DNA of 15,663 nucleotides from an uncultured Lachnospiraceae bacterium (lineage in GTDB: Bacteria; Bacillota; Clostridia; Lachnospirales; Lachnospiraceae). The notes beneath the pieces are model-generated. The model was not told where the DNA came from. It did not search any database and saw only the letters and a program-made list of their open reading frames with translations. Every line of letters begins with the position of its first letter. Positions within the stretch are counted from its first letter, which is position 1. The DNA is taken from NCBI GenBank assembly GCA_900317915.1, contig ONIO01000041.1, positions 1 through 15,663 on the forward strand, given 5' to 3'. The position numbers and the translations under genes were made by a program. Positions 1 through 7,954 of this stretch are shown in pieces.

Positions 1-2324
1 GGATCACAGGCAAAAGGTAATACGTTATTATCCTGGTCTCTTACTGCTACGCGAATCTCTGCCACATCATAGGTGTGATCCTCGATCAGTGCCTTCTGAC
101 TAAGTTCAGCATCGATGTGAATCTTACGAACTGGCGCCTTCACTACAGAGCGAACCACCTCTCCATTCTTCACTGCATCGAATCGATACTCCTGAGTCTC
201 ACCACCCCAGTTACCAATGTATTTCTGGTAGAGGGTGACCGCATTCGCTGGATCCATGTGATAGATCACAACCAGGCGGAAAGCATCCCATATCATGGAG
301 AGATCAATCTTACCCTTGGTCATGGAGAATTTATTCAATGCATGCTTGCAGATCTTCGCCTGCTTTGGTTGCATATGCTCTTCTGTAACCAGCATATTGC
401 CTACATAGTCGTCAATCAGGATTGGTCCATGTTTTAAATTCTTGAACTTCGAATCCTCTGGGAAGTATTCCTTTAAGAGGTTTCCATTCTTATACATACG
501 GACGCTATCTGCATTAGAAATAATCCAGGTATCTCCTCGATTACTTGCCGGATGCTCTCCGATATCCATAGAACTTGTGACATGAAGAATTGTTTCTTCT
601 AGGCCCTCTGCCTCATAGACAGCTGTTGCCATCTTAGGATTACGGAACATATCCATGACTCCGTGATAGCATATACGGTCGCCAGAGCCGAAGTCCTTAT
701 GAGTGTTATAGTCGAACATGCACCAGCCGATTCCACCGGCCACACCCTTGGTTCCTGCCACTGCATCAAGTACAGTTGCATGACGGATGGTGTGCTCCAT
801 CTGGTGCTCTTCCCAGTCAAATGGCTTGGTTGGATACATATGTCCATTGAACTCCGTTACCAGGTAACCCTTGTTCATATCGTTGGTTGCTTTCTCCTTA
901 GGGAGGCAGCCTGCATTCCCACCAGAATGGGAGAAGTCATTATAGGTAAATACATCCTCTAGAATCCTGGTATTCTTATTGGCTGTGTTACAGCGAACTC
1001 CACCTGTCTGTCGACTTGGATCAAAGGCATGTGCCACGCCATTGGTTCTGGTATAGAGTTCATCATCATCCTTGGACTCATTGATACGAACGCCCCAGAG
1101 GATAATGGATGGATGATTTCGATACTCGGTAATCATATCGATGACATTCTGAACTGCCTGATCCTTCCAGAAAGTGCTCTCTCCGATATGCTGCCAGCCA
1201 GGGATCTCTGTGAAGACTAAGAGTCCTAAGCGATCACACTCATCAATAAAGTCATGGGACTGTGGATAGTGCGAGGTACGAACCGTATTCACCCCCAGCT
1301 CCTTCTTCAGGATCCGAGCATCCAAGCGCTGCATACTCTGTGGCATTGCATAGCCTACATATGGATAGGACTGATGACGATTGAGACCGCGAATCTTAAG
1401 CAGGCGACCGTTTAAGTAGAAGCCATCTGCTCTGAATTCTGCCTTACGGAAGCCAATTCGCTTCACGGACTGATCTACTGGTTCATTGTCATATAAGAGC
1501 TCTGTTACCAGAGAATAGGTTTCTGGCGATTCCACATCCCAGAGCTTCACCTGGCCTGCATCACTTACGATGGTCACATGCTCTGGCACTTCTGTTCCCT
1601 TAAGGAATTGGTCTAGATTTACCGAAGGGACAAGTAATCCCTCAGATAGGTTTCTCTCAAGGATGACATCTGCATTCAGAGACTGGCGGATGGATAATCG
1701 CCCTTCCTTCAGAGCCTGCTTGGCATCACGGGAGAGATAGAGATCTGTCTCAACACGACCTGCCACCTCTAAGTCCTTAATGGCATCATTGGATAAGCCC
1801 TCTGTGGTCACATTGCCGTCATAATCTGGGCGAATTGCGATGTCTGTCATGGAGACGGAGTCCTTTACCGTCAGGAATACGTCACGGTAGAGGCCGCCGT
1901 AGGTCATATAGTCAATCACGAAGCCAAATGGAGGCTGGTCTAGGGTCTCTCTGGAGTCAAGCTTCACGGTTAAGAGGTTATCGCTCTCTGGCAGAAGCTT
2001 TCCTGTGATATCGAAGGAGAAGGAGGTATAACCACAATCATGGCTACCAAGTTCCTCACCATTCAGATAAACAGTGGCACGATGTGCTGCACCGCGAAAA
2101 GTTAATATCAGGCGCTTGCCCTGATAGTTCGGGCAATCATTCAGAATGGTCTGATAGCAAACCAGCTTCTGATAGATCGATTCATCAAAGTAATGCAGAG
2201 GTGTCTCTGCTACTGTATGAGGAAGCGTCACTGGGGTCTCATCCACCATGGGACTGGAGATATAGACGTCATCCCAAACTGGATGATAGAACCAATTGCG
2301 ATCCAGATAGATGCGATTTCTCAT
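1..2324 (-). CDS. Glycoside hydrolase family 2 (beta-galactosidase-like), N-terminal ~775 aa; C-terminus lies beyond the left window edge
   Basis: Reverse-strand ATG at 2324..2322 opens a frame that runs to position 3 with no stop, which is why it is missing from the supplied ORF track. The translation begins MRNRIYLDRNWFYHPVWDD. It carries the GH2 signature VNTVRTSHYP (N-x-V-R-x-S-H-Y-P), a candidate acid/base in WGVRINES, and a candidate nucleophile in LVTEFNG. By eye there is no beta-glucuronidase-type N-x-K motif, so a GUS assignment is not supported. Confidence 0.8.
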   Translation of the reverse strand, partial: MRNRIYLDRNWFYHPVWDDVYISSPMVDETPVTLPHTVAETPLHYFDESIYQKLVCYQTILNDCPNYQGKRLILTFRGAAHRATVYLNGEELGSHDCGYTSFSFDITGKLLPESDNLLTVKLDSRETLDQPPFGFVIDYMTYGGLYRDVFLTVKDSVSMTDIAIRPDYDGNVTTEGLSNDAIKDLEVAGRVETDLYLSRDAKQALKEGRLSIRQSLNADVILERNLSEGLLVPSVNLDQFLKGTEVPEHVTIVSDAGQVKLWDVESPETYSLVTELLYDNEPVDQSVKRIGFRKAEFRADGFYLNGRLLKIRGLNRHQSYPYVGYAMPQSMQRLDARILKKELGVNTVRTSHYPQSHDFIDECDRLGLLVFTEIPGWQHIGESTFWKDQAVQNVIDMITEYRNHPSIILWGVRINESKDDDELYTRTNGVAHAFDPSRQTGGVRCNTANKNTRILEDVFTYNDFSHSGGNAGCLPKEKATNDMNKGYLVTEFNGHMYPTKPFDWEEHQMEHTIRHATVLDAVAGTKGVAGGIGWCMFDYNTHKDFGSGDRICYHGVMDMFRNPKMATAVYEAEGLEETILHVTSSMDIGEHPASNRGDTWIISNADSVRMYKNGNLLKEYFPEDSKFKNLKHGPILIDDYVGNMLVTEEHMQPKQAKICKHALNKFSMTKGKIDLSMIWDAFRLVVIYHMDPANAVTLYQKYIGNWGGETQEYRFDAVKNGEVVRSVVKAPVRKIHIDAELSQKALIEDHTYDVAEIRVAVRDQDNNVLPFACD

Positions 2325-2905
2325 GCAAGGATTCCTCCAACTAAAATACTGGTCAGTTCTTCAAGTGCAGTGTGATAATGGATGTGATTCTTCTTCAGAG
2401 AATCATCTGTCAGGAAGCGCTCTATGGAAGCCTCAAAAGTAATCTGGAAGACTACCTTATTGACTGGACGGAACACGCCCTCTTCCACCCCCTTATCGAT
2501 CAGGGAAAGTGTGGTATCCCAATCACTCTCTAAGCGCTCTCTCAGACGCTTATTAACTCGTGGATACTTATCACGAACGGAATAGAGAGATGAGAAGTCG
2601 ATGTCCACATAGCTTACTGGCATCACACCAAGAATCTTCTGCAGACGCTCTGATGTACTCAGGCTCTCATCCATGAGAACCATATTCTCGTCCTTCTTCA
2701 CAGAATCGAAGAAGTAGTCTACCAATGTGTAAAGCAGGCTCTCCTTATCACGGAATACGGTATAGATGGTCTTCTTAGACATTCCAAGTTCCTTGGACAG
2801 ATCATTCATTGTGAAGCCTGCACCCTTATCACGGAATACCTTAAAAGTACCCTCTAAGATACGCTCTCTGTTCTTTTCTTCCTTTCCTGATAAAAATCCA
2901 CTCAT
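2321..2905 (-). CDS. TetR/AcrR-family transcriptional regulator
   Basis: The 194-aa product has an N-terminal HTH, FTMNDLSKELGMSKKTIYTVFRDKESLL, typical of TetR. An RBS-like AAAGGAGAGGG precedes the ATG. Its stop TGA (2321-2323) overlaps the downstream GH2 ATG (2322-2324) as an ATGA junction, which implies translational coupling and co-transcription. Confidence 0.85.
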   Translation of the reverse strand: MSGFLSGKEEKNRERILEGTFKVFRDKGAGFTMNDLSKELGMSKKTIYTVFRDKESLLYTLVDYFFDSVKKDENMVLMDESLSTSERLQKILGVMPVSYVDIDFSSLYSVRDKYPRVNKRLRERLESDWDTTLSLIDKGVEEGVFRPVNKVVFQITFEASIERFLTDDSLKKNHIHYHTALEELTSILVGGILA

Positions 2906-3018
2906 CTTCCCTCTCCTTTTTCAAATAGTTATTTTTTTCATAACAGCAATCCTCTGAATCCCTTGCTGTCCCTAGCTGATTTTTCTAGCTCTTACCCCTT
3001 AATTACTCTATGTCCCAT

Positions 3019-3064
3019 GGCGGGTTCTCGTGTCTATATTTGGAAACTCATGAGAAACCCGCGT
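3019..3064. promoter_or_regulatory. Imperfect GC-rich inverted repeat flanked by TGGAAACT direct repeats, in the TetR-GH2 upstream region; candidate operator
   Basis: GGCGGGTTCTCGTG (3020-3033) pairs with CATGAGAAACCCGCG (3050-3064) over about 13 of 14 positions with one bulge. TGGAAACT occurs at 3041 and 3066. No U-tract follows on either strand, so it is not a canonical terminator. Confidence 0.25.
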
Positions 3065-3188
3065 ATGGAAACTTAGTACTCAATTTCGGTTTCCTTTATT
3101 GTATCATCGGTCCAAAATACGGGCAATAGGTGTATTTACACAATAATCCATGCCCCAATTTGGTTACTTTTACCATAGGGACATCTTT

Positions 3189-3227
3189 GGATATTTTTTT
3201 TGGATATTTTTTTGGATATTTCCGTCC
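3189..3227. repeat. 13-bp tandem repeat (GGATAT + T7) x2, then a third GGATAT + TT
   Basis: Read directly: TTTGGATAT-TTTTTTT-GGATAT-TTTTTTT-GGATAT-TTCC. It lies in the intergenic region between the YfiH stop (3293) and the TetR start (2905). Confidence 0.7.
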
Positions 3228-3292
3228 AATCTCCTGAATCAGACTGGCTAGGAATCTGCCTTTTCTATCTTCGACCTTGCTAATATGTGGAA

Positions 3293-4213
3293 TTACTCCA
3301 CATCTGTCAGGGCAGTCTTCATGGACTCCCAAGTAGAGACAAAGCCCCGGCCAAACAGATCGCTGCGATACTTCTTTTTCTTTCTATCTTTATTTTTGCT
3401 TGCTTTTACTGCTTGAATCACTCCAGCCATATTTCCTCTCTTACCAGCTGTCGCTCTATGAGAGAATAACCACTCACTATTCTCCATGGTGCAGACCCCA
3501 AGGATATCGATGTGCTCATCGTGAACACCTGCTTCTAATAGGGACTTTCGAATTGCAGCCCAGAGATCCAATTGATAGTGACCATTCTCCTTCTTATATA
3601 GAAGAGATCCATAACCTGGATCTGGGAGAATGCTGGTACGACGATGGGTGGACTCTAATCGTTCATAAGCGTGCTCTGACTCCTGCTTATCTCCTGTCTT
3701 ATCTACATCCTCTGGATTGGTTCCATAGTTTTCTTGCATTAGGTCCAGAGCCACCTTAGAGATACGGCCCACGGTTCCTCGCCAGCCGGAGTGCACAGCA
3801 CCTATGGCCCGATGCACTGGATCGTAGAGAAGCACCGGCACGCAATCCGCCACGAAAACCGATAGTATTAACCCTGGCACATTGGTTACCAGGCCATCCA
3901 CATCGCTGTAGTCTCTTTCTCTCACGATGCCTTTCCCGGCATCTTCTTTGGTCACTACGCGAACCGTTTTTGTATGCGTCTGATCCGTTGTAACAATCTG
4001 GTCTACATTTCCATCTAATTCTGCTGCCAGCCGGCGATAGTTCTCCATGACCTTATCCGGATCGTCCCCTCTGGTAAAGCTAAGATTCAATGAGGATAAG
4101 TGGTCCTGGCTCACTCCTCCAAGGCGGGTAGTGAAGCCATGGGCGATTCTAGGGTCAGCAGAGGCACATGGCCTGCAGCAGCGTAGTTTTTCATAGACTC
4201 TAGCGTCATACAT
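3293..4213 (-). CDS. pgeF: YfiH/PgeF (DUF152, Cu-oxidase_4) family protein: purine nucleoside phosphorylase / peptidoglycan editing factor
   Basis: The 306-aa product shows the family motifs in order: HGFTTRLGGVS, DGLVTNVPG...VADCVPVLLYD, AVHSGWRGT, VCT...FSHRATAGKRG. It also carries an extra ~38-aa Lys-rich C-terminal tail (KASKNKDRKKKKYRSD...). Confidence 0.85.
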   Translation of the reverse strand: MYDARVYEKLRCCRPCASADPRIAHGFTTRLGGVSQDHLSSLNLSFTRGDDPDKVMENYRRLAAELDGNVDQIVTTDQTHTKTVRVVTKEDAGKGIVRERDYSDVDGLVTNVPGLILSVFVADCVPVLLYDPVHRAIGAVHSGWRGTVGRISKVALDLMQENYGTNPEDVDKTGDKQESEHAYERLESTHRRTSILPDPGYGSLLYKKENGHYQLDLWAAIRKSLLEAGVHDEHIDILGVCTMENSEWLFSHRATAGKRGNMAGVIQAVKASKNKDRKKKKYRSDLFGRGFVSTWESMKTALTDVE

Positions 4214-4473
4214 TCCTTTTGATTCATTTCTATTCCTTAAGAAATAGGCACAAGTACCCTTGTGCCTACAACATAGTTGTTACATATTACTTTTACGATA
4301 ACTCAATTCTTCCAGGTACGAAAATATCAAATCTAAATTTTTCTCGTCAGAATCATCTTATTTAATTTGATTTTTCGTTCCCTACGTGACCACATTTCCA
4401 CGACACGTTAGATAAGCCAATTCAACTTCGCTTGGTCTTCTGCAATCCTCCAGATGATATCTTATAGGAATAA

Positions 4474-4520
4474 GCAAAAAAGGGGCTGTGAAAAAATGAT
4501 TATCTCATTTTTTCACAGCC
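4474..4520 (-). terminator. Rho-independent terminator downstream of galT (minus strand)
   Basis: A perfect 16-bp stem, GGCTGTGAAAAAATGA / TCATTTTTTCACAGCC, closes a 5-nt loop (4484-4520). An A-run at 4476-4481 on the plus strand becomes the U-tract on the minus-strand transcript. Confidence 0.7.
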
Positions 4521-4589
4521 GCCTCAATATTCCATATAAAGAAACTAGATACACCCTATCAGCTAGTTCTAATATCTCCTTCGTGTTAA

Positions 4590-6098
4590 TTACAGAGCCT
4601 CAATAAATCTGTGGAATGCTGCCTGGCCCTCTTCTGTGAACTTGTAGACACCTGCATCTTCAAGTACCTGGCAGAATACCTTACCGATTTCCTGCTGCAG
4701 AACTTCCCAAACATTGTCACTTGTTACAGCCTTACCTGCTGCCTGATATTCACCAAGGAACTTCTCAACCCAGTCTGCATGCTTTAAAAGAGTCTCATCT
4801 GCTCGGATGGCTGCTACATCACCTGCTGCAACCATAGGTGCCATCTCTTCCATCTCCTTCTTCAGACGAGATGGGAGAACAGCCAGGCCCATAACCTCGA
4901 TCAGGCCGATATTCTCCTTCTTAATATGATGAAGCTCGGCTCTTGGATGATAGAGACCCATTGGTCTATCCTCTGTGGTCAGGTTATTACGAAGTGCAAG
5001 GTCTAATTCAAACTTGCCATCACGCATACGAGCAATTGGAGTAATGGTATTATGGCGCTCACCATCTGTCTCAGCATAGATCATAGCAGACGCATCCGTA
5101 TACCCTCTCCAGGTATTTAAGATGTGATCTGCTAGCTCAATGACACGATCTACATCTGTACCATCCAGACGGATAACAGACAGAGGCCACTTTACAATAC
5201 CAGACTCGACATCCTCGAAGCCCTTCACTGTGAAGGTATCTACAACTGGAGCCTTCTCCATAGCGAAGGTATAGTGTCCACCCTGGAAGTGATCGTGGGT
5301 AAGAATAGAACCACCTACGATCGGAAGATCTGCATTGGATCCAAGGAAATAGTGAGGGAACTGCTTTACGAAGTCGAATAACTTACGGAAAGTAGCCTTC
5401 TCAATTTTCATAGGAGTATGCTGACCATTAAATACGATGCAATGCTCATTGAAATATACATATGGAGAATACTGGAATCCCCACTTGCTGCCATTTATAG
5501 TCAGAGGAATAATTCGGTGATTCTCTCTTGCCGGATGATTGACACGACCTGCATAGCCTTCATTCTCTACGCAAAGCTGGCACTTTGGATAAGCAGAATT
5601 CTTAGCCTTCAGTGCTGCTGCAATTGCCTTTGGATCCTTCTCTGGCTTAGACAGATTAATGGTGATATCCAGAGTACCGTAGTCCGTATCTGTGGTCCAG
5701 CGAAGATCTCTCTTCACACGTGCAGTACGGATATAGTTGGATGCACAGGACAGATGATAGAAGTAGTTGGTAGCATCCTCAGGAGACTTCTCATACTCCT
5801 CAGCGAATCGGCGCTGAACTTCCGCAGGTCTAGGGCAGAGACAGTTCATAATCTTCGTATCAAAGAGGTCTCTATAGACAATGGAATCCTCGATCAATCC
5901 ACGAGAAACAGCTTCATCAAGGAGGTCAGCCAATACATCCTCTAATACAATATGATGAAGATCGCACTCTGGATCTGTGTACTCATCCTCACCAAATACA
6001 TCCAGAATCAGGTTGGTGGAATAGATGCGCTCACACTCTGGTGTAAGTCCTGCATCAATTGCGTACTGTACTAATTTCTTAATGCTCTCCTGTAACAT
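4590..6098 (-). CDS. galT: Galactose-1-phosphate uridylyltransferase, type 2 (the ~500-aa Gram-positive form)
   Basis: The 502-aa product resembles the ~500-aa form found in streptococci, lactobacilli and bacilli rather than the ~350-aa E. coli type. AGGAGG lies 4 nt upstream of the ATG on the minus strand. The gene appears monocistronic: it has its own downstream terminator and no galK or galE in the window. Confidence 0.8.
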   Translation of the reverse strand: MLQESIKKLVQYAIDAGLTPECERIYSTNLILDVFGEDEYTDPECDLHHIVLEDVLADLLDEAVSRGLIEDSIVYRDLFDTKIMNCLCPRPAEVQRRFAEEYEKSPEDATNYFYHLSCASNYIRTARVKRDLRWTTDTDYGTLDITINLSKPEKDPKAIAAALKAKNSAYPKCQLCVENEGYAGRVNHPARENHRIIPLTINGSKWGFQYSPYVYFNEHCIVFNGQHTPMKIEKATFRKLFDFVKQFPHYFLGSNADLPIVGGSILTHDHFQGGHYTFAMEKAPVVDTFTVKGFEDVESGIVKWPLSVIRLDGTDVDRVIELADHILNTWRGYTDASAMIYAETDGERHNTITPIARMRDGKFELDLALRNNLTTEDRPMGLYHPRAELHHIKKENIGLIEVMGLAVLPSRLKKEMEEMAPMVAAGDVAAIRADETLLKHADWVEKFLGEYQAAGKAVTSDNVWEVLQQEIGKVFCQVLEDAGVYKFTEEGQAAFHRFIEAL

Positions 6099-6202
6099 AC
6101 TTCCTCCTTATATAACACCTTCACATCCTGCTTTCCTATGAAGAATACATCCCAATACGGGATTATTCTATCCAAATGAAACAGGTTTTTCTGTACATTT
6201 GT

Positions 6203-6272
6203 CAAGACTCGCTCGCGAGTCTTGCGCGCCGGATTCGGGTCTGCTTCAGCAGACAAATTCCTGTCCGAATCC
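6203..6272. promoter_or_regulatory. GC-rich cluster of nested palindromes upstream of galT; function unknown
   Basis: A 22-nt perfect palindrome CAAGACTCGC-TC-GCGAGTCTTG sits at 6203-6224. GGATTCGG (6231-6238) pairs with CCGAATCC (6265-6272) and encloses a perfect hairpin GTCTGC-TTCA-GCAGAC (6239-6254). Outer CGCGAG...CTCGCG arms add to the structure. The region is markedly GC-richer than the surrounding AT-rich intergenic DNA. Confidence 0.3.
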
Positions 6273-6350
6273 GTGCGCATCCTCGCGGAGCGTTTAACCA
6301 GAGACCCATGCAAAAGAATTTGGATTTCGTGCAAAAACAAAGCCTTCTAG

Positions 6351-6378
6351 GGAAACCATATTTTTATATTTGGTTTCC
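6351..6378. terminator. Hairpin downstream of the rsuA-like gene (GGAAACCA / TGGTTTCC stem with AT-rich loop); candidate terminator
   Basis: An 8-bp perfect stem encloses a 12-nt loop. The T-rich tract directly following it is on the plus strand (TCGCTCTTTATTTT). On the minus strand the T-run (CTTTGTTTTTGC) starts about 10 nt after the stem, so its termination efficiency for rsuA is uncertain. Confidence 0.35.
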
Positions 6379-6424
6379 TCGCTCTTTATTTTACCACCTG
6401 TTTTTCATGTTTTCTAGTGAATTT

Positions 6425-7294
6425 TTACAGCAGCTTTCCATCTGATAGAATGATGCTCACTTCTTCCTCTGTAAGTGCCCGGCTCTCGCCAGGTGCTAAG
6501 TCATCGTCTAATGTCAGTCCCCCCATGGTGATACGCTTTAGTTCTACAACCTCCATGTCCACCGCTTCAAACATACGCTTAATCTGGTGGAATTTTCCCT
6601 CATGGATTGTGATAGAGATGTAGGAGATGACCTTCGATGGGCAATTCTGCAAGCCCTTCCCTTCCGATGAAGTTGCATCCTTCTGGTTAGATGCACTTAG
6701 GTTCTCCTCCATCCAGGCCTGCTCTAGTAGTGCTCTAGTCTCCTCTTCTAAATCTGGAAATCTCTCCTCTGCCTCCTGAAGGGTTGGTAGCGGATGAATT
6801 ACAAGCTTGGCTGGCATAGCACTTAGTTCCGCATCTACCTGAAGCCCCCCAGCGAATGCCTCCACTATTTTCTCATCCACACATCCCCGAATCAGCGCCT
6901 GATAGGTCTTATCCACATGACTCTTGGGCCTAAGCAAGCGATGCGCCAGTTCTCCATGATTGGTAATAAGCAAAAGCCCCGTCGTGTCTCGATCTAGTCG
7001 TCCCACTGGAAAGAGATCCTTTCTCCGGTCTGGATCCAAAAGATCCATTACCGTCTCCTGTTTCTTATCCATCGTCGCAGTCAGCACCCCTTTTGGCTTA
7101 TTCAGCATGATGTACTGCTCCGTCTCATACCGCACCTCTTGGCCGAAATAGGTGATTCGATCTGTTCTCTCTACTCCAGCGCCAGGATCCTTCACCTGAC
7201 TGCCATTCACCGTGACATTTCCTTTTCGAATGGCCTTTTTCAGGTTGCTTCGACTATCCATATTCATATCTGCCAGAAATTTATCTAATCGCAT
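6425..7294 (-). CDS. RsuA/RluB-family 16S rRNA pseudouridine synthase, with an S4 domain and a ~50-aa acidic insertion
   Basis: The 289-aa product has an S4-like N-terminus (MRLDKFLA), LNKPKGV, the catalytic VGRLDRDTTGLLLITNHGE, KTY, and HEGKFHQIKRMF. The insertion between KLVIHPLP and VISYISITIHEG is absent from E. coli RsuA. Confidence 0.85.
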   Translation of the reverse strand: MRLDKFLADMNMDSRSNLKKAIRKGNVTVNGSQVKDPGAGVERTDRITYFGQEVRYETEQYIMLNKPKGVLTATMDKKQETVMDLLDPDRRKDLFPVGRLDRDTTGLLLITNHGELAHRLLRPKSHVDKTYQALIRGCVDEKIVEAFAGGLQVDAELSAMPAKLVIHPLPTLQEAEERFPDLEEETRALLEQAWMEENLSASNQKDATSSEGKGLQNCPSKVISYISITIHEGKFHQIKRMFEAVDMEVVELKRITMGGLTLDDDLAPGESRALTEEEVSIILSDGKLL

Positions 7295-7396
7295 GCCTTA
7301 TCCTTCTATATTTTATGCAGTCCTATCTCTCATCCGACTGCTCTTATGCTATCAATTCCTCTGTCCCTTCATTCCGGCTAGGACAAAGGAATTGCC

Positions 7397-7954
7397 CTAG
7401 TCCTCAGCTCTTACCACATCCAGGACATCTTCAATGTAAATGTAAACCGCATCCGAGATTTCCTCCAATTTTGACGAAGCGCCCTCCATCGTAGAAGAAC
7501 CCTCCATCGAAGAAGCCCCCTCCATCAACGATGTATTCCTGGCCCTGCGAATTCGAAGACACTCTTGGTAGGAATCGATCTTTAAAAGTTCTCCCCTAGT
7601 GACCTCAATGCTACCACCTGACTTTTTTTGATCCTTTTTATACCAGGTTACTTGAACCAGAGGTCCTTTTCTATTGGCAGGGTCTATATCTAAAGCCAAT
7701 TCCATCAAGTAATCATTGATCCGGCCTCTTTCCTCTTCTGTTAGAATGGGGCGCTTGGTTGTCAATCGACCACTCTCTTGAACCGCCTCATCATAGCCAG
7801 TTAGCGCTGCAAATGGCAGAAACTGTGCTGCTCTCTTATCTGCTCCCAGATGGGGATGATCCTTAGGACCAGTCCAATTGTAATCTAGTAGCTTCGCTAC
7901 TTCCTCTTTCATAGGAATCACCTCCCACATATCATCCAATACCCCAGGCATCAC
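7397..7954 (-). CDS. YolD-like protein (a UmuD-analogous accessory subunit of Firmicute UvrX/YqjW-type Y-family polymerases), with a C-terminal extension
   Basis: The 185-aa product contains FLPFAALTGYDEA and a following beta-rich segment consistent with the YolD-like family. Its ATG overlaps the polymerase stop by 4 bp as an ATGA junction, the same gene order as B. subtilis uvrX-yolD and yqjW-yqjX. The call rests on position plus motif and not on a search. Confidence 0.65.
   Translation of the reverse strand: MMPGVLDDMWEVIPMKEEVAKLLDYNWTGPKDHPHLGADKRAAQFLPFAALTGYDEAVQESGRLTTKRPILTEEERGRINDYLMELALDIDPANRKGPLVQVTWYKKDQKKSGGSIEVTRGELLKIDSYQECLRIRRARNTSLMEGASSMEGSSTMEGASSKLEEISDAVYIYIEDVLDVVRAED
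7476..7529 (-). repeat. 18-bp tandem repeat x3 inside the YolD-like CDS (encodes MEGASS-MEGSST-MEGASS)
   Basis: Plus strand: GAAGCGCCCTCCATCGTA / GAAGAACCCTCCATCGAA / GAAGCCCCCTCCATCAAC. The repeat is in frame, so copy-number change would keep the reading frame. Confidence 0.7.

Noticed and set aside
1-2324. Beta-glucuronidase (GUS) assignment for the GH2, prompted by the adjacent TetR (GusR-like) regulator
   Set aside because: By eye the region corresponding to the E. coli GUS N566-x-K568 glucuronate-binding motif (GGNKKG) reads ICYHGVM with no N-x-K. I therefore call it only a GH2, beta-galactosidase-like. It needs a proper alignment.
3186-3227. A possible CRISPR array
   Set aside because: It has only about three 13-bp units, the T-runs act as spacers of identical sequence, and there are no unique spacers or cas genes.
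3096-3332. A 78-aa ORF on the minus strand in the yfiH-TetR intergenic region
   Set aside because: It reads straight through the GGATAT-T7 tandem repeat, giving KYPKKYPKK. It has no RBS and a low-complexity translation, so it is most likely an artefact of the repeat.
4497-4620. A small plus-strand ORF starting at ATG 4497 inside the galT terminator hairpin
   Set aside because: The start codon lies within the terminator stem and there is no properly spaced RBS. It is almost certainly non-coding.
6071-6445. An 89-aa minus-strand ORF (6071..6340) and an 89-aa plus-strand ORF (6176..6445) across the GC-rich palindrome region
   Set aside because: They overlap the galT start or the rsuA terminator and run through palindromic, non-coding-looking sequence with no RBS. 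The palindromes are better explained as a regulatory or structural element.
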